In this document: positions 20,366 to 30,767 of the stretch, in pieces
Position numbering within the stretch: position 1 is the first letter of the stretch
Layout: each line of letters opens with the position of its first letter
Origin: Porphyridium purpureum
Lineage: Eukaryota
Reading direction: 5' to 3'
Assembly: GCA_008690995.1 (NCBI GenBank)
Contig: VRMN01000004.1
Coordinates: 248,001 to 312,000, forward strand
Length of the DNA: 64,000 bases
Position numbers and translations under genes: made by a program
Notes under the pieces: model-generated
The model's database searches: none
What the model saw: only the letters and a program-made list of their open reading frames with translations
What the model was told of the DNA's origin: nothing

Positions 20366-21262
20366 TCATTCGTCGTCTGCTGTGGAAGAGATGACAGCTT
20401 GTATAAGATCTTCTGGTTCCGAGAGAATACTTGCACTTGCTTGCGTACGCAGAGATGCTCGCAGATGTCGATGCTCAGGTGTCTGTGGGCTTGACTGTGG
20501 CGGTGTCGCAACGAAAATGGTGGGCCCTCTGTCACGGCTATCTCCACCCGGCAACCGGTCAGCTGGTACCAGACGTTGTTGGACAACTTCGGATTGAACC
20601 AGGTGGTCAACACCGCCGTACTCTTGTAGGCATGTGTGAACAGCATACGCGTCCAACGCGAACACCGGCGGTTCTGCCCAGCGATACTTTCTGCGGCCGT
20701 ACGGCAAGGCTTGTCCACCAGTATCTTTCTTGAACAGCTTGCTGGCCGTCCACTGATGTTGAAGCTGACACCACGCCAGCCACATGCGCTCGTCCAATTC
20801 GGGTACCCGTAACGGTCCATCCTCAGGGTACAACGCGGTCTCGAAGACTGTCACCGAAAGCGCGGCACATTCTAGTGCGAGTTCCCAGAATTCAAACGCG
20901 TATACCAAACGCCTGTACTCAATGTCATCTACCGACGCGATGCTGCCTTCCCCGAATGGCTTATCATTGAGGATTCTTCCATGATACTGGGGGTACCCCT
21001 GGTAACTGCGATTCGGAGCCTGCAAGCGCGCAATGTCGTACCCTGGTACTTTGTCCAGGATATCCTTGAAGCGCATACGCCACATCTGTCGCGCGACCGC
21101 TCTTGTACAGTCCGAGAATATCGTCCAGTCTCTCTCCGTTAAGCGATAGAAGTCACGCACCGCTGGTATGGAATAAGCGCGTACGCGAGGCAGAAACGAC
21201 CCGACCAAGCCGCGGTCCCATGCCCAATAGTGCGTGGACAACAGAGCCGGATCAACATCCAT
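20366..21262 (-). CDS. Transposon cargo protein of unknown function, paralog A
   Basis: Open frame (to 21433; first ATG 21262) sharing motifs with the divergent neighbouring frame. Confidence 0.6.
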   Translation of the reverse strand: MDVDPALLSTHYWAWDRGLVGSFLPRVRAYSIPAVRDFYRLTERDWTIFSDCTRAVARQMWRMRFKDILDKVPGYDIARLQAPNRSYQGYPQYHGRILNDKPFGEGSIASVDDIEYRRLVYAFEFWELALECAALSVTVFETALYPEDGPLRVPELDERMWLAWCQLQHQWTASKLFKKDTGGQALPYGRRKYRWAEPPVFALDAYAVHTCLQEYGGVDHLVQSEVVQQRLVPADRLPGGDSRDRGPTIFVATPPQSSPQTPEHRHLRASLRTQASASILSEPEDLIQAVISSTADDE

Positions 21263-21602
21263 TTCGTGCTCCGTCCAATTGGCGTGCGCCCTTTTCCCCG
21301 AAACCCCAATATCCTGCTTCCTGCCCTCTTCCCCGAAACTCCAACAACATGCTTCCCACCCTCCCGTTTCCAAAGCCTCGTCACATGCGCACGTACGTGT
21401 CTGCGCTTTCTGTCGCACCCTCGACGGCCGCACCGATTGCTCGCAAGCATTTGAACATCGGCGACACAGACATTGGAGTTCATGCGCAGAGTATTTACAT
21501 GTTCAAGCAGAGGCGAGTGCGTGAGTGAAGCATTTCGTGTACGCGAAAGGAATGGCGGTGCACAGGCTGGTACGCGTACGCGACACTTGACAATCTGACA
21601 GG

Positions 21603-23972
21603 ATGGCAGAGCGTGCGCTGGACAGCCCTAGGCGGCGGGATGTATCGGTTGGAGTCGCGCGCCGAGAGCTCATCGACCTGCAGAGCAAGCAGCGCGGTGT
21701 CGGATACGACCGGGAGCTCCAGCGGCTCGTAATGGGTGAGCCGCTCTCGTACGAGGAATAGACGGTTTTGCACCGGGTAACAGCCATGCACTTCATCTTC
21801 AGTAGGTACAACACGATGCATGGCTCGGATCTTGCATACGCCCAAAAGCTGCAAGTTCAGTACGCTGGTTCCGGGCACCTGCGTACTCCTGAATTGGGCT
21901 GCGGCTGGCCGCACGGCAGACGAGCACGAGGCGCAGTACGCCATTATCCCGAGAAGACCTCGGCGTACTGGATTTGGTCGCTCGCACGAGTCTGTGCACG
22001 GCGTGCCGTACGGCGAGATTTGCGTTTGCGTGGCGTCGACGTCGACGACGCAGATGCTGCGTCGAATTTCTCGAACGAGTACGACCTGGAACCAGTCGAA
22101 AAGGAGAATATCCTTTGGTACGCGTGGTGCATGTTCAATCACGCGTACGCGTCAAGTCACGCCTTTGAGAAGGTCGATCCAGGTACCAGGGAGCAGCCAT
22201 TCTGTGACACACCGTTAGGCTCTCCGTTGCAATTGAGTGCGGTACCGCTTTCGTATTCAACTATGTGGATGCCGCGACTTATTGCAGACTATGCCGTACG
22301 GCCCACAGATCCCGAATGGATTGTGCTGGTCCTCAACCGGTTCGTCGCACAGGCCGACATCACGAACGTGGTCGAGCCGCAATTGGGCGACCTGGCCAAC
22401 CCAACGTACGTCCGTGAACTCCAGAGACAGCCTCTGGACCCAGGCGAAGGATCGTTGAGGCTCGTACGTGCATAGCTGCGCATGGAGCGTAGCCTGCAGG
22501 CGTTTCAAACGCGGGAGGCTGAGGTACCTCTGCATGGGAGCACACACGTGGTGGATCTCTTCGAGCCTCAGGGCCATGAGACGGCGATCGGCGAGCAACA
22601 GCCAACGGAAGGATGGCCGTCTTTTCAGACGTTCCTGCCGCACGGCTACTTTGATGCTCTGGGCTTGTACAAGGGACCAGAAGACATGCGCAACGTGCGC
22701 GGCTTCAGCGATACCGCTAATCATCCAAGTGCTCTCTTTCGGACGCGCGACAGATTCGCAGAAGAAGGCAGGATGGCGGCGACAGGTGCGTACCAGCCGA
22801 GCCTCCGCCTCGCGCACGCGCTTTCAGAGTCAGGAGCACAGGAACGCGTACGCGACAATACACAAGATGTCCCAGACATCGATTACGGGACTGAGTGGGG
22901 CGAGATCCCTTGAAAGCGAGCCGCGGCGACTGCGGGGCCTGTCGATGCAGCACGTCGTACGACAGATGGCGAAGGGAGTCCACGCATTCCACGATTCCGA
23001 AGAGCTTCTGAGTTTGGTCACGATGACCAACGGGACCCGAAGATTCGCCGTACGGTAACTACGGGAGTTCCTGTGCAGGCACGCGCACAGCATATGCATG
23101 CTTTTCCTCCGCGGACGCCTGGATCCGTGCGGCGCCCAGAAAATGAGGGCGTAGTTGAGGTACCTTCCTGGGGTTACCAGGCATCCGCGCGTAGGCCGAG
23201 GCCCATGTATGATGAACGCGTGCGCGTTTCGCAGGGCACCGAACCGTTTTATCGTCATGTTTTGAGACCCGTACTATCGCCTGGGGTACCCCCTCTGTAT
23301 GGACAGGGCTCAAGGCCGTACGATGAGCCCGTCGAGTGGCCATACGAAAGATGGCCTGCACCAGTGCAGGCCCAAGACTATGCGGTGCCCTTTGCAAGCA
23401 CGCGTGCACCGATGTATGCACCTGTTCGTGCACGCGCATTGCATGAAGTACCAGATGAGACTGCGCTTTGGGAAGCATTGCAGCGGCAAGAGTATGATCC
23501 GCATGCACGGACGTACGTCAGATCTCCAGGCACCTGGCATGAAGCAGGTGCTTCTTCGCACATGCCTCCTGGAGGATGGCCCCAACCCGCACGGGCGCCT
23601 GCCGCGTACGAAAGGTCTTTCGGGTACGACAGGCCTCCTCGCTACGAGAGACCTTGGCCAGCGCAACGTGTACACGAGAATCCGGTTGGGTACGACAGTT
23701 CATCCTTTCCATTGCGCTTTCGTGTACACGATGTTCCCACCGGGTATGAAAGGCAGCATCTGCCCCCCCTGCATACGGACGTGAACCAGCCGGATAAACG
23801 CACGTGCATGACGCTTCGGGTCATTCGTTTCACGGTAGCGTCTCTGATTTACCATCGGGTCAGCCGACAGACGAACAGATGTACATCAATCCAGAGCATG
23901 AGCCGGAAGCGTATGACCCTGCGAGCTGGAGCTTGCACTAGTTGTGAGCTGTACAGCATGTGCTTGCTGTAG
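21603..23972 (+). pseudogene. Transposon cargo gene, paralog B: one reading frame interrupted by three in-frame stops
   Basis: ORFs at 21768, 22482 and 23073 share a frame with ATG 21603. Stops are TAG 21759, TAG 22473 and TGA 22911. Motifs IWSLARVCA and LWYAWCMFNHAYASSHAF match paralog A. Confidence 0.6.
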
Positions 23973-24029
23973 ACGCTGCCCAGAGATGTTTGTTGTCGAA
24001 TAAACGACGTACGTCCTTGTTTCCACACT

Positions 24030-27000
24030 TTACGCCCACAACTCTATACCATCGAATATATCGGGTCGTAGAATGAACCACCACCTAGCAGGTACCTGTT
24101 CATCAACACCTGCACGCCCAATACCACAGCGCGAAGCGCATTGAGATGAAGAAGCATACGCTTCACCTGGATCAAGAGCGGTACCGCTATTGTAAGTATC
24201 CAGAAAGGCTGTAATCTTGCAACGGAGCTGCGACGCAAGCACAATTTTGACTTCATCGTCTTCACGTACGTGATCAAAAATGCCTCGTAAGTGTGTACAT
24301 GCTGTCGCGCCACCACGGCTCCGAGGCACACGCTCTACTTTCAAGTGTCGTACGATGGCGATATCCTGTACAGACGGCATACCCTGCACAGGGTCCCGTG
24401 GTAATACTCCTTTCGTCTGGATTGGATGTACATCAACGTCGATTGTCCCAATCAAGACGAGACGGGCATATCGAAGACGCTGACGTACGTCATCCCAATA
24501 CTGAATAAAGTCATACCTTTCCTTGCCGTAGTAGTCCCAGTACGCAACAAAGCGCTCACTCTGCATGTTCGCATGGTTGTGCCGCACGGCGATACGAGGC
24601 GTATAGCACACCTTATACTCTTGCTCGTACGAGTTTTGCATTTCATCCGACATCCATGTGCGCCGACCCTTCTGAACGTGATGCGTAAGTGAGTCCCACA
24701 CCGTGACTGCTTCTTTCATGGTCGATCTACATCCAACTGACGCTGAGACCGTGTGTGTAGTGCTTGGAAACGAAGGCATCGCCGTCACTTGAAAAGACCA
24801 TTCATCTGTCGATCGCGCACGGACACAGGTCCAGGAGTAGACAATCCCTTCCGGCCACGACCCCGTGCATACCACATCTTCCGGTACTGGAGCTGCTCTA
24901 AACTCTAAAGGATGTGTCGGTTCACCGATTCCATGGTCGTGCGACATTGACGGGATGCGCTCTGCCGGATCTAAAAGTAAGCTACTGATGTCTGCAAGAT
25001 CGAATCGCTCATGCTGTTCAAGCATGTATCTATGCGGTACCGCCAGATTTACGCCAGCCACTTTTCTGTGCACCCTTTTGCATATGCGCATGAGAGACTC
25101 GCTTGTACAAGTGTCGTGTAATCGCTTGCGCCCGAACTCCTCCAGATCTTTGCACAGATGCAAGAGCGCATGAAGTTTTGGCGCATCCCAAACAATTCCC
25201 GTCAAGTACTTGAGCTGCTGTATCTTATCCATGAGACTCGATACTAGATCTCTTCCTTCACGTACGTGTGCATCTGTTGGTCGAGCAAGACACATCTTCG
25301 CGTACACGGATAAGGCTTGACAACACGTGATAAGATACACTGCTTTCCAGGCAGGGCCCATGGTCTTGTAATATCCATCGCAGGCGACAGCCACAATGAC
25401 TTGTACAAGTAGTCCTGGCGAGTACTTATTCTCCACCATCTTGGACAACTGCTCGAACGGATTTGGCGTACGTCGGATCGGAATGTATACTCCGGAAGAA
25501 CGTGATAGACGCTCACGATCTTGTACCGTGCTGATTACAACCAAGTACTTGCCCAATGCAGAGTTACGAATGCGTGTAATGTTGTCAGCCGTTCGGCGTC
25601 CACCACTTATCTTTCGGCGTTTCTTTTGTCGTGTGGTACCACCATCATCACCGTCACTCGTTTCCGAGGAGGTGATCTCGTCACTGTCAATTTCCATATC
25701 TTGCCCGAACCCAGACGCGTCGAGTTGCGCCACGGAAGCTGTTCCGCGTATGCGTCTTTCTTGTGCGTACCGGTCCAGAATGTACAAGGCTATGTTTGCC
25801 AGTTGACGGAGTATTCCAAGCTTGAAGCCATGCATCCAGTCCACACCAACGAGTGCAAAGAGACCGCGTTTATCCCAACGATTGAGGTACCTCGCTTTTG
25901 CACCTGGAATATGGCGTATATTATATTTTGCACGCTGCCTGGCAGCACCTCCGCCCGACTGCTCAGCTATCGCAAACATGGGCTCTTCTTCGCGGTACTC
26001 AAAGCTCGTGTACGCGTTGAATGCCTCAGATCCAGGAACAAGACATACTTGACAGGGCCGCTCCTGAGTCATACGCGAGTTCAACGTAACACTGATGGTC
26101 GCAACCATGGGCATATCGCACGCGAATCTGAACAGAACTGGGAGCCATTTGATCATGGACCCATTGCACCGTACGGCCAAAGCGTGACGCTGCAAAGCGG
26201 TCGGCTCCGACAATGTCATAAATGGATCAAGCAAGAACTGTAGCACACTGTGCATGACACAAGGAGTATCATCCGTCGCTTTGCCCGCATCCGGTAGAAC
26301 TGGCGCGTACGCGATCACACGCGGCTCAAGAGGTCCATCGTGCATGTACCTATGCACGAGGTACAACGAGATGGGAGTGAGCGAATGAATTCCGTTTGCT
26401 CGCATCTGAGCACCATCAATGCAAACCATGACAGGCACCAGCATGATATCGGGCGGTACCGCTTCACGTATACGGCGCAAGTGCGCAGCATTCTGCGCAT
26501 GCGTTAATACAGTCTCGCCGCGCTCATTTGTTATGTGTGCAACCTCAAATGCTTGGTCGCCATAGCGATGCAATGCAACAACAAGCTCTCGCGCAATCAA
26601 AACCATGGGGTCGCGGTACCGCAAATCCACGCACAGTGTCTTTCCTGCACATGCAACGGAAAGTTGTTTGATGTGCACCGGCATCTTCGCGAGTCCAACG
26701 CGCTGCAAAATATTTCCGCTCAAAAATCCTTTCCTGTGTAGTGGCCGGTCACGTACATGAGTCTGACTGCGAGTGAACCAGGTCTTCAAGGCCGCTCTAC
26801 AGCGGGCACTCAGCACGTACTTGCACATGATATGCTCGAACTCCAACTCAATAAGAGGTATCCCACTGATTTCTTTTTCCGCGTACGCGGACAACAGTGC
26901 CTGTATACTCTCCGTTGTCTGCTGTGCCGAGTACCCCACGGCATCCGCGGCTAACATGGGCATCGCTTCACGCACATGAGGTGCCTCTTCTTGCGTGCCA

Positions 27001-27317
27001 GCAGCGATTTCCTGTACACATTCCGAGTCCTGATCAGCCCAATATTCCACCGCGTGCGCGAAGCCTGCGTCCGTGTCTTGGCTCGCTCCACTCAGAGTCG
27101 ATTGTCCGTCCGACTCAGTGCACTCCGCGACCGCGTTTGCGGAAGCAACGACGGGGTGCCCCATGTCAATAGCGCTCTGACCATCAGGGCATGCCACGAT
27201 TCGTACCGGAACCCTGCAATGGCCCACGTGCGCTGCAAGACTCTGACGGATGGTAAATCCGAGCTGCAGCATGGACTTCCCACAAATTGGGCAGTGCTCC
27301 TGCATTTCTCCAGTCAT
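24030..27317 (-). CDS. Plavaka/CACTA-like DDE transposase with N-terminal zinc finger
   Basis: CPICG...H..HC; YRDPM; PVMVCIDG...SLTPISL; CDMP; PCQVC; DWMHGFKLG; PKLHALLH; FG...DTCTSE; RYDFI. Confidence 0.8.
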   Translation of the reverse strand: MTGEMQEHCPICGKSMLQLGFTIRQSLAAHVGHCRVPVRIVACPDGQSAIDMGHPVVASANAVAECTESDGQSTLSGASQDTDAGFAHAVEYWADQDSECVQEIAAGTQEEAPHVREAMPMLAADAVGYSAQQTTESIQALLSAYAEKEISGIPLIELEFEHIMCKYVLSARCRAALKTWFTRSQTHVRDRPLHRKGFLSGNILQRVGLAKMPVHIKQLSVACAGKTLCVDLRYRDPMVLIARELVVALHRYGDQAFEVAHITNERGETVLTHAQNAAHLRRIREAVPPDIMLVPVMVCIDGAQMRANGIHSLTPISLYLVHRYMHDGPLEPRVIAYAPVLPDAGKATDDTPCVMHSVLQFLLDPFMTLSEPTALQRHALAVRCNGSMIKWLPVLFRFACDMPMVATISVTLNSRMTQERPCQVCLVPGSEAFNAYTSFEYREEEPMFAIAEQSGGGAARQRAKYNIRHIPGAKARYLNRWDKRGLFALVGVDWMHGFKLGILRQLANIALYILDRYAQERRIRGTASVAQLDASGFGQDMEIDSDEITSSETSDGDDGGTTRQKKRRKISGGRRTADNITRIRNSALGKYLVVISTVQDRERLSRSSGVYIPIRRTPNPFEQLSKMVENKYSPGLLVQVIVAVACDGYYKTMGPAWKAVYLITCCQALSVYAKMCLARPTDAHVREGRDLVSSLMDKIQQLKYLTGIVWDAPKLHALLHLCKDLEEFGRKRLHDTCTSESLMRICKRVHRKVAGVNLAVPHRYMLEQHERFDLADISSLLLDPAERIPSMSHDHGIGEPTHPLEFRAAPVPEDVVCTGSWPEGIVYSWTCVRARSTDEWSFQVTAMPSFPSTTHTVSASVGCRSTMKEAVTVWDSLTHHVQKGRRTWMSDEMQNSYEQEYKVCYTPRIAVRHNHANMQSERFVAYWDYYGKERYDFIQYWDDVRQRLRYARLVLIGTIDVDVHPIQTKGVLPRDPVQGMPSVQDIAIVRHLKVERVPRSRGGATACTHLRGIFDHVREDDEVKIVLASQLRCKITAFLDTYNSGTALDPGEAYASSSQCASRCGIGRAGVDEQVPARWWFILRPDIFDGIELWA

Positions 27318-27549
27318 TGCAGTGCTGCTTCACTTGGATGTTGCGTCTGTGTCTGGATGCTCTTACGCAATTAGAACGTGAACACGTGATCCACAGAATC
27401 GGTACCGGAACGAGTTGACGAATGCCGACAGATTCTTTAACCACACCAAATGCCACGGCGCCAACTTTGTTTCGCACGTCAAACCTTCCTAGACCTTTCC
27501 CGGAAACCATCTATAAGCGTTCGTCCTTTCAAATTTCAAGTTTAAGTGC

Positions 27550-28095
27550 ATCACCCTACATACGTACACCGCAGTTTATATACTTACATTGCACGGGTGC
27601 ATTATGTGTCGCGCATTTTATACGTATATGATGGTATATCTGTGTACATTATATCAGTACATTCTATCTGCACCACCTTCTTTGTGTTCATCGCGATGTA
27701 AATTTTGTAGCGTACTACCCTACATACGTACACCGAAGTGTATATATGTACAATACATGGGTTCATTTTGTAGTATGCATTATATGTTTGTATAAGGAGT
27801 TACATATGTACATTGTATGAGTACATTGTACGTGCTGCCTTAAATGGGTACGTAGTGGTTTACATCTTGCAAGTCGTCGCATTGTACATGTCCATAAAGA
27901 AGTATATGTGTACTATAAGCCGTGTATATGTGAGACTCGCCTTATATCGGTACATGGACATACTGTACGGAAACAAGGTATGGATATACGGCGACCATGT
28001 ACGAATATAATATTCTTCGCCTTACATCGGTACATGTTCGCCGTATAGTGGTACATTTCGCCTTATATAGGTGAAAATGTGCCTTATATACTGCA
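27550..28095. repeat. AT-rich subterminal repeat region of the large transposon
   Basis: CGCCTTATAT..GTACAT-like units at 27938, 28018, 28039, 28059 and 28080, with inverted versions near 10018-10060. CCCTACATACGTA at 27554, 27718 and also 15907. Confidence 0.75.
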
Positions 28096-28124
28096 AATCC
28101 TCAAAATAAAAGACACAGACTGAT

Positions 28125-28890
28125 GGCTGCTTCGAAAGTGCTGCCTTCTTGGTCAGTAGTTTGCCGCTTCGTATTTTCTTTCACCCATATGAAGCCATGG
28201 TTCTCTAAATCGCGGCGTTTCTGAAGCTTCTCTTTGCCCTGCAACATGCGCACGTACCTATCTGCACTCACTCTGCGTTCACCAATGTGCAAACACAAAC
28301 GTTTACAGCTCAAAATTTTGCCCCAGATCATGATGCTTCCCCAGCAGTATAATTAGACCAGCACGAATGAGTATCGTCCACCTCATTTGACCATGCGGCG
28401 TGAAAGACATCTGAGCACATCGAAATCGAACCTTTTCTTGTCAGAAGAAAGAATCTTCTTTCACTTTTCACGAAACGACGTTTGAGCTCTGGCACAATCA
28501 AGTCTTGCTAGCTTTCGGTCGAGTGTCAAAAGACAGATTATTCACCACACGATGGAAGGTATATTGCTGGTGCATTGCGCTCCGGACTGTGGTCCATGAT
28601 GCAATTTTTGTTCCTCCGCAGGAGCAGATTCTCGGCTGGTAGTCACGCTTTTCGAAAAGCTCGCTCAAACTTTCACTATTCATGATCCTTTCGACAACGG
28701 CCGGCGTGAGCTTCGACGGGTTGGTGGAAGTGTACTTGAGACTGTATGCATCAGTACCTGCTGAGAAGCGGCGAATTGCGCTACCGGAGCGGTTTATCTT
28801 ACGCGATATTCCCTGCAGAGCGTCGCATGCTGCCTTGAAGGCCAAAATGGCTCTTTTTCCGCGCTCTGAGAGTCCGCATTTGCGTCGCAT
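28125..28890 (-). pseudogene. Tc3-like transposase, N-terminal two-thirds (frameshifts and stops)
   Basis: LSERGKRAILAFK...ISRKINRSGSAIRRF...PSKLT (Tc3 HTH); K*KKILSSDKKRFDFD (cf. FSDEKKFNLD); IMIWG; FIWVKEN (cf. FIFQQDN). Confidence 0.85.
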
Positions 28891-29247
28891 GGTACCTGGG
28901 CGATGGTGTCACACATGAGCGCACACGAAGATCAAAATTCGTGCCGCCTGTTCACGCGCAGCCTTGGATTGTCGCTGATATTGTTCCCGGTCCTATCCTT
29001 TTTGTGCTCGCTTTTCACTGTACCTGCAGTGGAGAACACCGCCTTACATAGTAAAACGATCGAATTTATTATAAAGTCCAGAAAAACTTGGGGGGGTCCT
29101 ATCCTATTTGTCCGCACTTTACATGAACAATTGGGTACAGTGTAGTACAGTGGGAGACAACCGCAGGCGGTGAGCGCGCCAAGAGCGAGGAGAACAGAGT
29201 TTGTGCAAAAGGTAGGTAGGTAGAGAGACAGTAAGAGAGAGAGAGAG

Positions 29248-30681
29248 ATGTATACCACGGGGAATGCGGTGCCGGCGGTGGTGCTGGATCTAGGCACCCA
29301 CACGTCGAAATGCGGTTTTGCAGGAGAGGACCTGCCGTCGCGCGTGTTTGCGTCTGCGATGGGAGTGCGCGAGCCGCGAGCCACGACAGAGCAAGGCGCC
29401 GCCGCGTCGCCGCAAAGGGCGCACACGCACAAGGTCGAGTATGTGGTCGGTGATGAGATGCTGACAAAAATGCATGCGGGACTGGAAATGGCGTCCGCGT
29501 TCGGGAACGACGGCGTCGTGTCTCATTGGCACGCGTTTGAAAACTTGCTGGATTATTGCTTCACCGCAGGCTTGCGCATCGACGCGCAGGATTACGCGCT
29601 CATGTTTGCGGAGCCCGTGTACAATTCGCGCGCAGCGAGGGAAAAGCTGTGCCAGTTGGTGCTTGAAAAGTATAATGCTCCGGCGATATTTACCTGTAAG
29701 GCGCCCGTCCTCTCGGCGTTTGCCAACGGAAAGACTGCGGCGCTGGTGCTCGACCTCGGCGCCAGCGGGACCACTGCCGTGCCCGTGTTTGACGGCGCTG
29801 TGGTCAAGAACAAGGTGCTCTTCTCCCCGATTGGAGGACAAGCCATAGGTGACGCGCTCCTCGACATCTGCAACGAGCGCAAGGTGGACATCCGGCCCAG
29901 CTACAAGTTTCGGCGGACCACCGTGTCTGGCGGAGGCGTACCCGACAGCGTGGTTCCGCAGCGCCTGTCAAGCCCGGCAGCGTCTGACGGCGCTCCAAAT
30001 GCGAGCGAGGCAGAAGACCCGGAAGAAGAGCGTGCATTTGACGTGCAGGAGCTCGAGGACCGCATGCTTACGACGCCTTCTTACGACCAGTGGCGCCGCT
30101 CACAGATCATTGACGATATCAAAGAATCTGGTATCATGCAAGTCAGTGACAGTTCCGCGGCCGACGCAGCAGTCGCACAAGGTGATCTAGGCTTTCAATT
30201 GCCCGGTATGAACTACTACCTGCCGGACGGAAACAAGCTCGTATTCGGGCAGGAGCGATACAAGCCCGCGGGCCTGCTATTCAGTAAGCTACCCGTTGTG
30301 TCGTTTCTGCCACAATATGATGCTACTGTGAACGGTACTCGCGCGCCGCACAATATGGGCACACGCAATGGCCTGTCTGACCTCGTCAAGGCCGCGATCG
30401 AGCGGTGCGACGCAAGCATGCACCGCGACCTCTATTCGAGCGTATGCCTGACAGGTGGCTGCTCAAACTTTCCAGGCCTGTTTGAGCGACTTGGCAACGA
30501 GCTCATGTACATCACGAATCGCGTTCGCGTGATTGCCGCTCAAGGCAAACAGGAGCGTCGATACTGCGCGTGGACGGGCGGTTCCATTCTCGCCACGTTC
30601 AGCGAGTTCCAGCGCCTCTGGTTCAGCCGCACCGAATACGAGGAGCACGGTGCTCCGTTTATTCACAAAAAGTGCTCCTGA
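29248..30681 (+). CDS. ARP4: Actin-related protein 4 (ACTL6/BAF53-like)
   Basis: VVLDLGTHTSKCGFAGEDLP, LSAFANGK, ERRYCAWTGGSILATFSEFQRLWFSRTEYEEHG..FIHKKC. Confidence 0.9.
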   Translation: MYTTGNAVPAVVLDLGTHTSKCGFAGEDLPSRVFASAMGVREPRATTEQGAAASPQRAHTHKVEYVVGDEMLTKMHAGLEMASAFGNDGVVSHWHAFENLLDYCFTAGLRIDAQDYALMFAEPVYNSRAAREKLCQLVLEKYNAPAIFTCKAPVLSAFANGKTAALVLDLGASGTTAVPVFDGAVVKNKVLFSPIGGQAIGDALLDICNERKVDIRPSYKFRRTTVSGGGVPDSVVPQRLSSPAASDGAPNASEAEDPEEERAFDVQELEDRMLTTPSYDQWRRSQIIDDIKESGIMQVSDSSAADAAVAQGDLGFQLPGMNYYLPDGNKLVFGQERYKPAGLLFSKLPVVSFLPQYDATVNGTRAPHNMGTRNGLSDLVKAAIERCDASMHRDLYSSVCLTGGCSNFPGLFERLGNELMYITNRVRVIAAQGKQERRYCAWTGGSILATFSEFQRLWFSRTEYEEHGAPFIHKKCS

Positions 30682-30767
30682 AGAGACTTCAAATAGAACG
30701 CGTTCTGTAAATAGCTTTCTCATGCTATCGTGCGTTTCTGGCATGACTCGACTCTTCGCCGTTGCGA

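Larger units (their letters stand above)
9984..28122. mobile_element. Large Plavaka/CACTA(CMC)-like DNA transposon with cargo genes (18.1 kb, about 12.4 kb without the nested retrotransposon)
   Basis: Perfect 11-bp TIR CAGTCTGTGTC (9984-9994) / GACACAGACTG (28112-28122). AT duplicated on both sides (9982-9983, 28123-28124). Subterminal repeats and an internal transposase are present. Excision rejoins the Tc3-like reading frame. Confidence 0.85.
9533..29123 (-). mobile_element. Decayed Tc3-like (Tc1/mariner) DNA transposon, split by the 18-kb insertion; outer limits approximate
   Basis: Imperfect inverted ends: tgtaaagtgcg...ggataggacccccc at 9533-9565 versus the reverse complement at about 29090-29123. 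Four GGATAGGACC sites: 9552 and 9678 direct, 28989 and 29095 inverted. Transposase fragments lie on both sides of the insert. Confidence 0.85.

Noticed and set aside
16869..23972. TET/JBP dioxygenase or ULP1 protease cargo, as known for some Plavaka/CACTA elements
   Set aside because: No convincing HxD...H...R or His-Asp-Cys motif arrangement was recognised in any cargo ORF.
16869..27317. Endogenous virus or Polinton
   Set aside because: No capsid, packaging ATPase or DNA polymerase motifs were seen; the termini and transposase indicate a cut-and-paste element.
9981..28125. 14-bp TIR CATCAGTCTGTGTC with no TSD
   Set aside because: The extra three bases are explained by the palindromic AT TSD plus one chance match. 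The 11-bp model fits the Tc3-like frame better, and the second element also starts at CAGTC.
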